DNA of 64,000 nucleotides from NCBI GenBank assembly GCA_964648335.1, contig CAZYLZ010000001.1, forward strand, positions 93,449 through 157,448. Reading direction: 5' to 3'. The notes beneath the pieces were generated by a model. The model saw only the letters and a list, made by a program, of their open reading frames with translations. It was not told the origin of the DNA and searched no databases. This document shows positions 29,619-40,700 of this stretch, in pieces; position 1 is the first letter of the stretch, and each line of letters starts with the position of its first letter. Position numbers and translations under genes: made by a program. This stretch comes from an uncultured Candidatus Saccharibacteria bacterium. Lineage in GTDB: Bacteria > Patescibacteriota > Minisyncoccia > Phycocordibacterales > UBA2100.

Positions 29619-30386
29619 TTATTCTCGTTTCGTGAACAGGATAGAGAGATCCGAGAGGCCGAGCTTGCCGTTACCGTCGAGATCGTAGCGGATATCATAC
29701 GGTCCGAGCATCTTGAATGCGAGAATCGAAATGTCGACGAGGGTGACCTTGCCGTCGAGATTGAGATCGGGGTTCCCGGTTGTTGCTATTGCGCTACTGC
29801 CGCCGGCGGTCTCTTGTGGTCGCGTCTCGACCACAAGCGGCTCTTCGTCGTGTTCCATCGAGATGCCTGATCCGTCATTCGGATAGACGAGTACGTCGCT
29901 TAAGACTAATGCGCCACGGCCAGGGTTGATTGCCTTTATTTTGATAGTCAGAGCCGTCTCTTCGCCTTCAACTCCGCCGGGGCGGGTCGATCCGCCACTA
30001 AAGCGTACCGCATGCGCTTTCTCATCTATCTCAGTATCCTCGGTCCACAGATCGAGAAATGATTTTTCTTTACTGATTCCAATGACCTCAATGATATCTG
30101 AAGGGAAGAGTATTCGAGCGCCGAAGGCGTTGATAGGAACTTTCGCTGTGACGCGAAGGTCGACGTTCATCGTGTCGCCCACGAGGAGCTGACGCGGGCT
30201 TTCGGGTACAAAATAGACCCGCGCAGGGGCTTCGAGAGTGGACGACGCGCTCGAAGCCAAAAGCCCTATGATATCCGTCTGTGAAAGCGTTATTGTGAAA
30301 ACAGCCGCGAGAAGAAGAACGGAGATGATGCCGATGTGCCACTTTTGTCGGCCTGCCGGGTTGCTCGGCTTAGGAGCCTGTATCAT
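29619..30386 (-). CDS. cohesin-like plus dockerin protein (adaptor-scaffoldin-like) with an N-terminal signal anchor
   Basis: TM IGIISVLLLAAVFTITL; ARVYFVPESPRQLLVGDTMNVDLRVTAKV..AVRFSGG (cohesin-like); C-terminal DLNLDGKVTLVDISILAFK...DLDGNGKLGLSDLSILFTK (dockerin repeats). Confidence 0.6.
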   Translation of the reverse strand: MIQAPKPSNPAGRQKWHIGIISVLLLAAVFTITLSQTDIIGLLASSASSTLEAPARVYFVPESPRQLLVGDTMNVDLRVTAKVPINAFGARILFPSDIIEVIGISKEKSFLDLWTEDTEIDEKAHAVRFSGGSTRPGGVEGEETALTIKIKAINPGRGALVLSDVLVYPNDGSGISMEHDEEPLVVETRPQETAGGSSAIATTGNPDLNLDGKVTLVDISILAFKMLGPYDIRYDLDGNGKLGLSDLSILFTKRE

Positions 30387-30395
30387 TGGTCAATC

Positions 30396-31184
30396 TTACC
30401 ATCCAATGCTCTTGATCGGTGCTTCTATAAACAAGGGTGTCGCAGTGTTAGAGATCGTCGTAGTCGAATTGTATGTATCGTTAGAAAAATGTAAGAGGAT
30501 CGGCATCCCGTCCGTACTCGACCAGGCTTCGACGGATCCACCGGGGCCGATCCGGGAGATGAGTGCACGCAAGGTGCCGGCATCATGAGGTGGGGACTCG
30601 CCTGAGAGTTTGAATACAAAGTGATGGGTTGCCGTTGAGCTTGCGCTCGCGGGGAGGGCTTCTGAAGTGACCAAAGTGAGGAATCTTCCATTGTTTGAGA
30701 ACAAAAGCAGGTTATCCAAAAGAGGTCCTGGTATAGCTATATTCTTGAATGCGACCGGTATTGTATCTGCTGTAAAGTGACGCCATTCGTCGCTGCTCGG
30801 TATCGTATTTACGAGGACCGGACTTCGAGTATAGATGCGATTATACACATCCTTGCCAATGGCAATATTGCCGAGCGTAAAGTCGTGGGGGACAGGCGCC
30901 CCACTGTCTGGTAAGACGATCGTGGTCGTCGAAAAGGTAGAATAGCGCTCTGTTCTGCGGTCTACCAGGTATTGTCCTTTGACTTTCAAATGTCGGTCTG
31001 GAAAGACCATGTCTGTTTCTACATGCTGGCTGTACGAATCAATCTGAGTAATTTTGGCTAGAAACAAGGCTAAATCGGGATCTTCGTCCCTGGAGTGCGA
31101 TTGGTACCACATCAGTCCCCAGCCAAGAACCAGAACCAAGATGACGGCGACGAGAGCAATGGTTCGTTTACGCTTGGTGATCAT
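30396..31184 (-). CDS. hypothetical membrane-anchored protein (N-terminal TM), co-directional with and 9 nt upstream of the cohesin-dockerin gene
   Basis: TM IALVAVILVLVLGWGLMW; no recognisable domain. Confidence 0.6.
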   Translation of the reverse strand: MITKRKRTIALVAVILVLVLGWGLMWYQSHSRDEDPDLALFLAKITQIDSYSQHVETDMVFPDRHLKVKGQYLVDRRTERYSTFSTTTIVLPDSGAPVPHDFTLGNIAIGKDVYNRIYTRSPVLVNTIPSSDEWRHFTADTIPVAFKNIAIPGPLLDNLLLFSNNGRFLTLVTSEALPASASSTATHHFVFKLSGESPPHDAGTLRALISRIGPGGSVEAWSSTDGMPILLHFSNDTYNSTTTISNTATPLFIEAPIKSIGW

Positions 31185-31259
31185 GTAGGTCTGGTGGTCT
31201 TCGACATGGATTGGCGCGTTGGGTTTTGCTTACAATAAAGTATACACCGCTGTGTTTGT

Positions 31260-31292
31260 TGTCCACATCCAGTAAAAACCGTCCTGTGGACA
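31260..31292. promoter_or_regulatory. inverted repeat TGTCCACA-N17-TGTGGACA in the divergent promoter region, immediately upstream of a TATAAT-like hexamer (31298-31303)
   Basis: Perfect 8-bp arms read directly from the sequence; candidate operator. Confidence 0.4.
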
Positions 31293-31311
31293 GAATATAT
31301 AATAAATACAA

Positions 31312-31351
31312 CAAATCTCGGGGGTCGAGATTAAAAAAATGACAAATCTCG
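31312..31351. promoter_or_regulatory. palindrome AATCTCG-GGGGT-CGAGATT overlapping the ribosome-binding region of the HTH gene, plus a direct repeat of CAAATCTCG (31312-31320 and 31343-31351)
   Basis: 7-bp arms with a G-rich spacer; the second copy of the half-site lies in codons 2-4 of the HTH gene. Confidence 0.4.
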
Positions 31352-31755
31352 ACCATCAAGAAAAAGGCATGATCAAGGAAAATCCAAACCTCATAACGCT
31401 CAAAGAAGCGGCAGAAATGTCTGGCTATAGTTCGGACTACATTGGGCAACTGATTCGCAGTGGAAAGTTACCCGGGCAGCAGGTATTCGCCAATGTTGCA
31501 TGGATGACGACGCGCGAGGCAGTCCTCGAATACACACAGAAGGGACGGAGGTCTTCTGTCGGGTCCACGGGCAGCCTGTTCGAAAAGATGTTTTCGATTG
31601 AGCGATTGGTCGCGATCTTCGGGGTTTTCACCAAGGCGGTTATCGGTCTTATGGCGGTGTTCTTGCTTTTTCTGGGCTACGTACTGTCGGTCAGCATCGA
31701 TCACCACATCGAGAAGCAGTACCAGGAGAAACTAGAGCATGCACAGAGCATCTAA
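31339..31755 (+). CDS. small membrane-tethered DNA-binding protein with an excisionase/MerR-type HTH (HTH_17-like) and a C-terminal TM helix
   Basis: ITLKEAAEMSGYSSDYIGQLIRSGKLPGQQVFANVAWMTTREAVLEY fits the Xis-family HTH pattern; TM AVIGLMAVFLLFLGYVLSV; its 3' end overlaps the giant gene 2 start by 17 nt. Confidence 0.65.
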   Translation: MTNLDHQEKGMIKENPNLITLKEAAEMSGYSSDYIGQLIRSGKLPGQQVFANVAWMTTREAVLEYTQKGRRSSVGSTGSLFEKMFSIERLVAIFGVFTKAVIGLMAVFLLFLGYVLSVSIDHHIEKQYQEKLEHAQSI

Positions 31756-34700
31756 ACCCTCACGTGCGATTTTTCGCGCCCTCTTGCGGTGGCAGGATCT
31801 TTTTGCCGTACTCGCACTATCTTCGACGCTCCTCTCGCCGGTACTCGTCCTCCCGCTCCCGGCATACGCTGCAGTCGGAGTGCCACGCATCATCAACAAT
31901 CAGGGACGTCTCATGGATGCTAACGGTAGCCTCCTTGGCGGTGCGGGTACCGATTACTGTTTCAAATTCTCGCTGTTCGATGACGCTTCCGTGGGTTCCG
32001 GTTCGCAAGTCTGGCCGTCGGTCGCTCCGTCGATCATGACAGTTCCTGTGAAGCAAGGTATCTACTCGGTCGGTGTCGGAGACACGGATCAGGGTGGCGA
32101 CGTGCTCGACTACAATTTCCAGGACAACGACGCTGTGTACTTGAATGTCGAGGTTGCTGCAAAGGTTGGTGCTACGTGTGCTGTCGGCGATGGTGCTGAG
32201 ACATTCGAGAACCTCTCGCCACGTCAGCGTATTTTCGCATCCGGCTATGCCGTTAATGCCGCGACGGTCGGAGGCTTTACACCGGCGCAGCAGGCTACGG
32301 GAAATCAGATCCCGGTTTTGAGCGCCGGAAATCTCATCCTCGCTGCATCTAACCCGTTCATCAATGCGACCTCGACGAACGCACTTACCCTGCAGGGAGG
32401 TGGCAGCGTATCAGGAGACATTCGGTTTTTCAATGCCGGCAACAAGCTGACATCGGCTGGCAATCTCACACTCACAGGTTCGGTTACCGCATCGGGTCTT
32501 TCGAGCTTTACGAATCTGTTGATCGGCGGCCTCTCGACTACGACCATCCAGGGTACGACCTCCGGCACGTCGACCATCCAAGGATTCTTGAATGTACTTG
32601 GGACCAACTCGACGTCTACGTTCTCCGGATCTATCGCAACTCCGTTTCTTAACCTGACGGGAGCAGGTGCTACCTCGACTGCAGCGAGCGGCTTCGATAT
32701 CGCCGCAGGCTGTTTCTCGATTGGCGGCGTCTGTGTTGGCGGGGTCAACTCAATCACGGCCAATGCGGACAACACACTTGTCGTTGACCCGACAGGCGGT
32801 AATGCCATTGTCGGACTCAATCTTTCTAACGCAAATATCTGGACTGGTTTGCAGCAATTTGCAAACGCGTCGTCGAGCATCTTTTCTGCAGGAAAGGCAT
32901 TCTTCGGAGCGACGGCAACCACCACTATCGATTCGGCCGGCAACGTCGACGTCGCGGGTACACTTGATGTTTCTGGCAACACCACGCTCGCCAAGGCGAC
33001 GTCGACATCGTTTGCGATAACGTCGGTAACCAACACGCTGTTGAAGACGGATGCCAACGGTTCGGTCGTTCCTGCGGTTCCAGGATCCGACTATCTTGTC
33101 TCGGCGGTTACATCACTCGGTGCTGCCGGACAAGCACAGACCGGAGCGACGCAGACCTTTGCAACATCCACGACCGTGACAAACGGCTTGACCGCTGCTA
33201 TCACAATCACTTCAAGTGGGAATGTGCATACGTTCACGCCGTCGGTAACGGGTACTCTCTCGGCGCTCGGCGGAGGTACCGGAATCGCTAATCCTTCGGC
33301 TGGGGGAATCCTCATCGGCTCGTACGTGGGCGGTGCGTACCAGCAGATTGCGACGTCGTCCTTGGGTATCCGTACCACCGATGTCCAGGAGGGATCTAAC
33401 CTGTACTACCAGGACGCAAGAGTTAATTCGTTCATCGATGCATCGACGACGATTCCGAAGACATTTTCTGCGAACGTCTTCTCGGGCCTCACTACGCTCA
33501 ATGGAGGTCTTACGGTTGGTTCATTGAACGGTCCCTTGCAGGCAAACAACGGCGTCGTGTCAGCTACCTCATCCATTGGTGTGGCATACGGAGGTACGGG
33601 AGTCTCTACTGCGCCGGCGTACGGACAGCTGCTTGTTGGCAACGCAGCATCAGGATATTCGCTCGTTGCGACATCGACCCTCGCTATCGCACTCACTGAC
33701 ACGACTGGGACGCTTGCAGTGAATCGCGGCGGCACCGGCATCACTTCACCGACAGCAGGTGCTATCGTACTTGGTGATTACTCGGGTACCGGGTACATGC
33801 AGATCGCGACATCGTCCTTGGGTCTGCTCACCACGAACGTCGCCGAAGGCTCGAATCTGTATTATCAGAACGCCCGCGTGCTCACGTACCTCGACTCGTT
33901 CGACAAAGGTTATTTCTATTCGACGACCTCGGCTGATTTCTGGAAATCACAGAATGATTTCTATTCGACGACCTCCGCCGACTACTGGAAGTCCCAGAGT
34001 AACTTCTTCTCTACTTCGTCCGTTGACTTCTGGAAGTCGCAGACCAACTTCTACTCCACGACCTCGGCGGATTATTGGAAGTCACAGAACAGCTTCTTTT
34101 CGACGACCTCATCAGACTACTTCCTCTCGCAAAACCGGGGTAGCGCGTTCTCGACGACCTCGGCCACGTACTTTGCCGATGCGTCCTCGACTATTGCCAA
34201 GACCTACTCGAACAATACGTTCACCGGAGTGAACGTATTCAATGGCGATACGACGCTCACGAACGCAACGACTGCATCATTGGCTGTAACAGGCGTGACA
34301 TCTTCTCTTCTTAAGACGAACGCAGATGGTTCTGTCGTGCCAGCGGTTGCCGGTGTCGACTACGCGGCTGCAAATGCATCGACATTCGGCAAGACCTTCG
34401 AGATCGACGCATCAGGCTACCTCGCTCCGACCACCTCGGTCACCGTGCGCCTTCCATCGGGATTCGTGTCGCAGGCATCGTCGACGGTTGATGGAAATCT
34501 CACGGTGACGGGGAATCTCACGGCAGGGAATGCCACTGTAACTCATGCGACTTCGACTTCATTCTTTGCTTCCGTTGCATCTTCAACAAACGCCTTCTTT
34601 ACCCGATTCGTCACTGGTAACGCCACGGCCACTGGTGCATTCGCTGCAGCAAATCTCGCTGTGACGGGTTCTACCACGCTTCAGAATGTCACCGCACAGA

Positions 34701-37700
34701 ATGCGACGACCACTAACGCCACTTCGACGTCGTTCTTTGCGGGCGTCTTGGCAGCGACCTCCGGCACTATTGCCAACATCTTTGGCACCAACGCCACCAT
34801 CACCGCAGCAACTACGACAAACCTTTTCGCGACCACCGCATCGACGACTAATCTCTTCGCCTCGAACCTCACTTTCGCCGGGGGGCAGGGAACGACAAGT
34901 GCCCTTGCCATCACCGGCATCACAAATGGCCTCTTGGGCACCAATGCAAACGGATCAATCAGCGCGACGTCCTTCTCGGGGCCGCTCTCGTTCTTCGGCA
35001 ACACCCTCACCATCACCCAGGCTAATGGCGCTACGAGCGGCTTCCTCGCATCTTCCGACTGGAACGTGTTCAACGACAAGGTGTCATCTACTTCCTTGGA
35101 TACCTCGGCAAAACTTGCCGCGCTCATCACCGACGAGACAGGATCCGGCTCTCTTGTCTTCGGCACTGCACCATCAATCACTGACGGGCGCTTCGCTTCG
35201 ACCACCTTATCTGGAAATGTGCTCATCACCGGCAATGCGACAGGTACGAATGCAACCACCACCACCTTTTATTCCACAACTGCATCAAGTACGAATTTGT
35301 TCACCTCGAATCTCTCCATCGGAAACCTAAATGGCCTTCTCAAGTCGACGAATGGACTGGTTGCCACCGCTATTGCGGGTACCGACTACATATCGAGCGT
35401 CTTCAAGGATTGGAATGTTGTAAACGGCGTTCTCGTACCTACTACCACGATCGGCGTTATCGTATCTGCGTCTTCGACGTTCGCCGGGGGCATCACAACA
35501 AGCAATGCTACGGCGACAAACGCTACGACAACCTCTTTGTTCGCATCTATCGCGTCTTCAACGAGTGCTTTTGCAACTAAGCTCTTTATCGGAAACGGAA
35601 CTTCTACCGGCGTATTTGCATCGAACGGTCTCATTGTCTCGGGATCGACAACGCTCCAAGATTTTGCAGGAGCCAACGCTACAATGACGAATGCGACATC
35701 CTCGTCGTTTTTCTCTTCAATCCTTTATGCCTTCAACGGCAGAATTGGCGATCTCATAGCTTCTACCAGTGCGACGCTAGCATCTACCACCGCCTACGGA
35801 CGGTTTATTACTGGAACTGTGGTCGCGACTTCATCTACCGGCACGTCGACTTTCTCTGGAGCAGTTGGAGTGGGTACTACAAACCCTTCGTATAAGGTTT
35901 CGATAGTTGGGTCTACGACGGCTGCAACATCGGCTACCGGTACCGCAGTCCTCTCCGTCACGAACACCAACAACACCTTGAGCTCGGGAACGAACGTCTT
36001 GCGTCTCAACATCCGCACGCCGTTCGGGACGGCATGCACTTCGGGCACGACATGCCCCCGCTTCATCGAGTATGTCTCGGGTATGGCAAATGGATCAGAT
36101 ACCGGAGGAGCGGGTGTCGGAAGCTTACGCCTCTCTACTGCTGGCACCGGTATCACGCAAACATCGGGCGCCGCAGACTTCGCTGAGTACATGCAGCTCA
36201 ATTCGTCGGCCGATGTCGGAGACCTTGTTTCGCTCAACTCGAGCGGACAGTACCAGAAGGCGGTAGCTGGTCAGTCGCTCATCGGCGTTATCTCTGACAA
36301 TCCGGCATTCGTTGGCAATGCAAACCTCGAAGGTCAGCCAAACGCATACGTCGTTGGGTTTGCCGGCGTCATCCAGACCACCGTGAGCGCAGAGAACGGT
36401 TCTATTAACGCCGGAGACCTCATCGCTGCGACGACGACTCCAGGCTTGGGTGTAAAACTTACTAAGTCGGGATACGCGCTGGGCCAGGCGCTCGAGTCGT
36501 ACTCGGGCCCGGGTAACGGAACCATCAAGGTCCTCGTGATGCCGAAGTACGTCGATGCGGCGATCGTACTCGATAGCTACGGCGGAACGACTGGCGGGAC
36601 ATCGGGCTACTGGAGCCTTGCAACATCGACCGGGGAAGTGAGCCTCGCCTCGAGTACGTATTCGCTCCTAATCTCAGGAAAACTCTCTGCTGCCAACGCA
36701 TCCACCACGAACATCTCATCGACCTATGCGTCTTCGACCCGCGCATTCGTCGGTGCGCTCTCGGTCGGTAACTTGAATGGAGTCTTAAAGGCCACTGGCG
36801 GTCTCGTATCGACGGCGCTCGTCAATCTTACGAGCGAAGTGACGGGCACCTTGCCGGTGTTAAACGGAGGTACCAATATATCGACCCCGACTGCAGCAGG
36901 TGTACTGGTAGGCAACTACGCTGGAGACGGCTATATGCAGGTAGCGACATCGTCTTTGGGATTGACGACGACGAATATCACCGAAGGCACAAACCTCTAC
37001 TACCAGAACGCACGCGTGCTCTCGTACCTCAACACCCTCGACAAGGGCTACTTCTTTGCTAGTACCTCTGCCGATTATTGGAAGACTCAGAACAACTTCT
37101 TCTCGACTACGTCTGTCGATGCCTGGAAACTGGTCAATAACTTCTTCTCGACGACTTCGACCGACTACTGGAAAACCCAGAACAATTTCTTCTCTACGAC
37201 CTCGGCCATGTACTTTGCCGACGCATCATCGACTATCGCCAAGACCTACTCGAACAACACCTTCACCGGAGCGAATGTGTTCAATGGCGATACTACCTTG
37301 GGTAAGGCAACATCATCGTCATTCGCTGTCACCGGCATCAGCTCTGCGCTCGTCAAAGCCAATGCCAATGGTTCGTTCGTGCCGGCGATCCCGGGAGTTG
37401 ATTATGCTGCGGCGAACGCATCGACCTTCGGGCAGACATTCGAGATTGGAGCCGACGGGTTCCTGGCCCCGACGTCGTCCATTGTTGTTCGACTCCCGAA
37501 TGGATTCGTCTCGCAGGCATCGTCGACGGTCGATGGAAATCTCACTGTCACGGGATCGCTTGCTGCTGGAAACGCGACCATGACTAACGCGACGACAACG
37601 AGCCTTTTTGCATCCGTCGCATCTTCGACCAACGCCTTCTTCACCCGCCTCATCACTGGCAACGCCACCTCGACCGGCCAGTTCGCTGCAGCCAACCTCT

Positions 37701-40700
37701 CGGTAAGCGGCTCCACGACGCTCCAGAACGTTTCGGCAGTGAACGCAACCACGACGAATGCGACCACCACCGGCAGCGCCTACATCGCGAATCTCTCGCT
37801 CGGCTCGGCACTCACCGCTTCAAACGGCGGTACTGGCATCTCGGCTCCTGCAGCAGCTGGCATCCTCCTGGGCAACTACGCAGGCGGCGGCTACCAGCAG
37901 CTCGCAACATCCTCGCTCGGCCTCTCTACTACCGACATCACCGAAGGCACAAACCTCTACTACCAGAACGCCCGTGTCTTGACCTACCTCGACACGTTCA
38001 ACAAGGGCTACTTCTACTCAACAACGTCAACTGACTACTGGAAGACCCAAAACAATTTCTTCTCAACCACCTCGGCAGATGCCTGGAAGCTCGTGAGTAA
38101 CTTCTTCTCTACCACCTCCTCACAGTACTTCTTGTCGCAGAACCAGGGAGCCGCGTTCTCGACCACGTCGGCCATGTACTTTGCCGACGCATCATCGACT
38201 ATCGCCAAGACCTACTCGAACAACACCTTCACCGGAGCGAATGTGTTCAATGGCAACACGACCTTGGGCAAGGCGACCACCACATCCTTTGCCATCACCT
38301 CGGTGCCTGCCGCCATCCTCAAGACCGATGCAAACGGCTCCGTCATCCCGGCGATCGCCGGCGTCGACTACCTCACGGGCAGCCTCTACGGCAAGTCATT
38401 CGAGATCGACGCATCGGGCTACCTCGCACCGACCACCTCGGTCACGGTGCGTCTCCCGAGCGGCTTTGTCTCCCAAGCATCGTCGACGGTCGATGGAAAT
38501 CTCACCGTGACCGGTAACGTGACTGCCGCAAACGCCACTGTAACTAATGCGACCTCGACATCGTTGTTCGCCTCGATTGCTTCGTCGACGAGCGCTTTTG
38601 CCACGCGTTTGTTCGTCGGGAATGCGACGGCGACTGGGGTGTTTGCAGCCAACGGCCTCATCGTATCCGGCTCGACGACGTTGCAGAATTTTTCGGGTAA
38701 CAATGCGACCACTACGAACCTGTATGCCGTAACGGCATCTACGACAAATCTCTTCGTATCGAACGGCACTATCGTTCGCTCGACTACCACAAACGCGACA
38801 ACAACGACCAGTTTCGCAACTACTGCTTCGTCGACTAATCTTTTCGCTTCGAACTTCTCACTTGGCAACCTCACGGGAATACTCAAGGCAACTGCGGGTA
38901 CGGTGTCGACCGCGCTCGTGAATCTGGCGACCGATGTCACGGGCATCTTGCAGGTGGCAAACGGAGGCACCGGCTGGGCAGCGGTGCAGGCGGGATCGCT
39001 CTTGTATGGAAATGGATCGGGTAGCTTGGCTACTACGACACAGGGCAGCGCAGGCCAGATGCTCGCGTTCTTGAACGGCGTGCCGACGTGGGTCGCGACG
39101 ACCACGTTCTCGAACGGCCTTACCTATGCCAATGGAAATGTCACGCTCTCTTCGCAAGTCGCGCTCACTAACGCGTCTTCTACTGCGGTATCTGCCAATG
39201 ACTATCTTTCGGTTGGTCGAACAGCGACGACCACAATCCGTGGCGAAACGAACGCAACATCTACCTTTGCTGGTGGTATCCAGGCAACCGCACTCAACCT
39301 TACGGGTGCTGCGACATCTTCTGCCTCGGGTGGATTCAATCTCACAGCCGGGTGTTTTGCAGTGAACGGGACCTGTCTCGGAAACGCGCAACCAGGAACT
39401 AATGTTGTATTGACTGCGGTGCGCAATTACACGACAACGCAACAGTGGACGGTCCCGTCAAACCTCGTGTATGCAGTGGTCGAAGTGTGGGGTGGTGGTG
39501 GAGGAGGAGGAGACGGAGACGGTACCGGAGACGGTACCGGCGGCGGCGGCGCAGGCGGTTATGCATCAAAGACGTACACGGCGACCACGTTGGTCGGAAC
39601 TACTTCGATCCAGGCGCTTGTTGGTGCCGGCGGTGCAACGACAACGAGCGCGACCGGCAGTACTGGCGGTACCTCAAACTTCGGTGGATACGCCACCTCG
39701 ACTGGCGGTGCAGGCGGCGTCCGTGCAAATGGTGGCGAAGGCGCGGGAGGAGCCGGCGGGGTCGGCTCTGGAGGCGATATTAACCTGGCAGGAGAACCGG
39801 GTGGTCTGGGCGATACGACGATGGCAAACCAACAAGGTAACGGTGGTTCCGCGCCTCGCGGCGGTAACGGCGGCCTTGGAGGAAATCAGACCACGGGTAA
39901 TGGCGCAGTGGGTGGTACCTGCGGTGGCGGTGGCGGTGGCGCCGGTGGTGCGGCAGGAGGCGGCGGTACTGGTTGCATAGTCATCTATGAATACACGGCC
40001 ACTAACGTTGCACTCGGAAACGGCAGCGTAAATTCCGGATCGACCGGTCAGGTTGCTTACTATAACGCTGCTGGGCAGGCGGTCACGGGCTCGTCGATAC
40101 TATATATAGACAGTGTAAACGGTCGCGTGGGAGTCGGTTCGACCACTCCGGCCGCCGCCTTGGGTGTCTCGGGCGACGCATTCATAAACGGACGGGTGAC
40201 AGCGTCGCACCTGACTGCAACAGGTACCTTGTCGGTCACTGGGTCCACGACACTCCAAAACTTTACAGCGGGAAATTCGACCACATCTAATGCAACCTCG
40301 ACCAATACGTTTGCCACGACGGCATCGTCGACAAACCTTTTTACATCAAACTTTACCTTGGGTGGTCTTACCGGGATCCTCAAAGCAACTGCGGGTCTCG
40401 TCTCTGCATCTTTAGTAGACCTCACCACCGACATCACCGGCATCCTCCAGGTAGCAAACGGCGGAACCGGATGGGACAACCTTGTCGCCGGAACACTCCT
40501 TACCGGCAATGGCTCGGGCAAGGTGGCTACCACCACGATCGGATCCTCGCTCCAGATCTCGGGCTCGTCTCTTGGTCTCAATCTCTCGAATCCGAACATC
40601 TGGACCGGTCTCCAGACTTTCACCAACGCGTCGACCACCTTTGTCTCCGTCCTTACTAAGGCGTCGTTCGGATCGACCGCCACCACCACCATCGACTCGG

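Noticed and set aside
39485-39990. Gly-rich tract considered as a collagen-like triple-helix region
   Set aside because: It has no G-X-Y triplet periodicity; Gly occurs in runs and in GGxGG patterns
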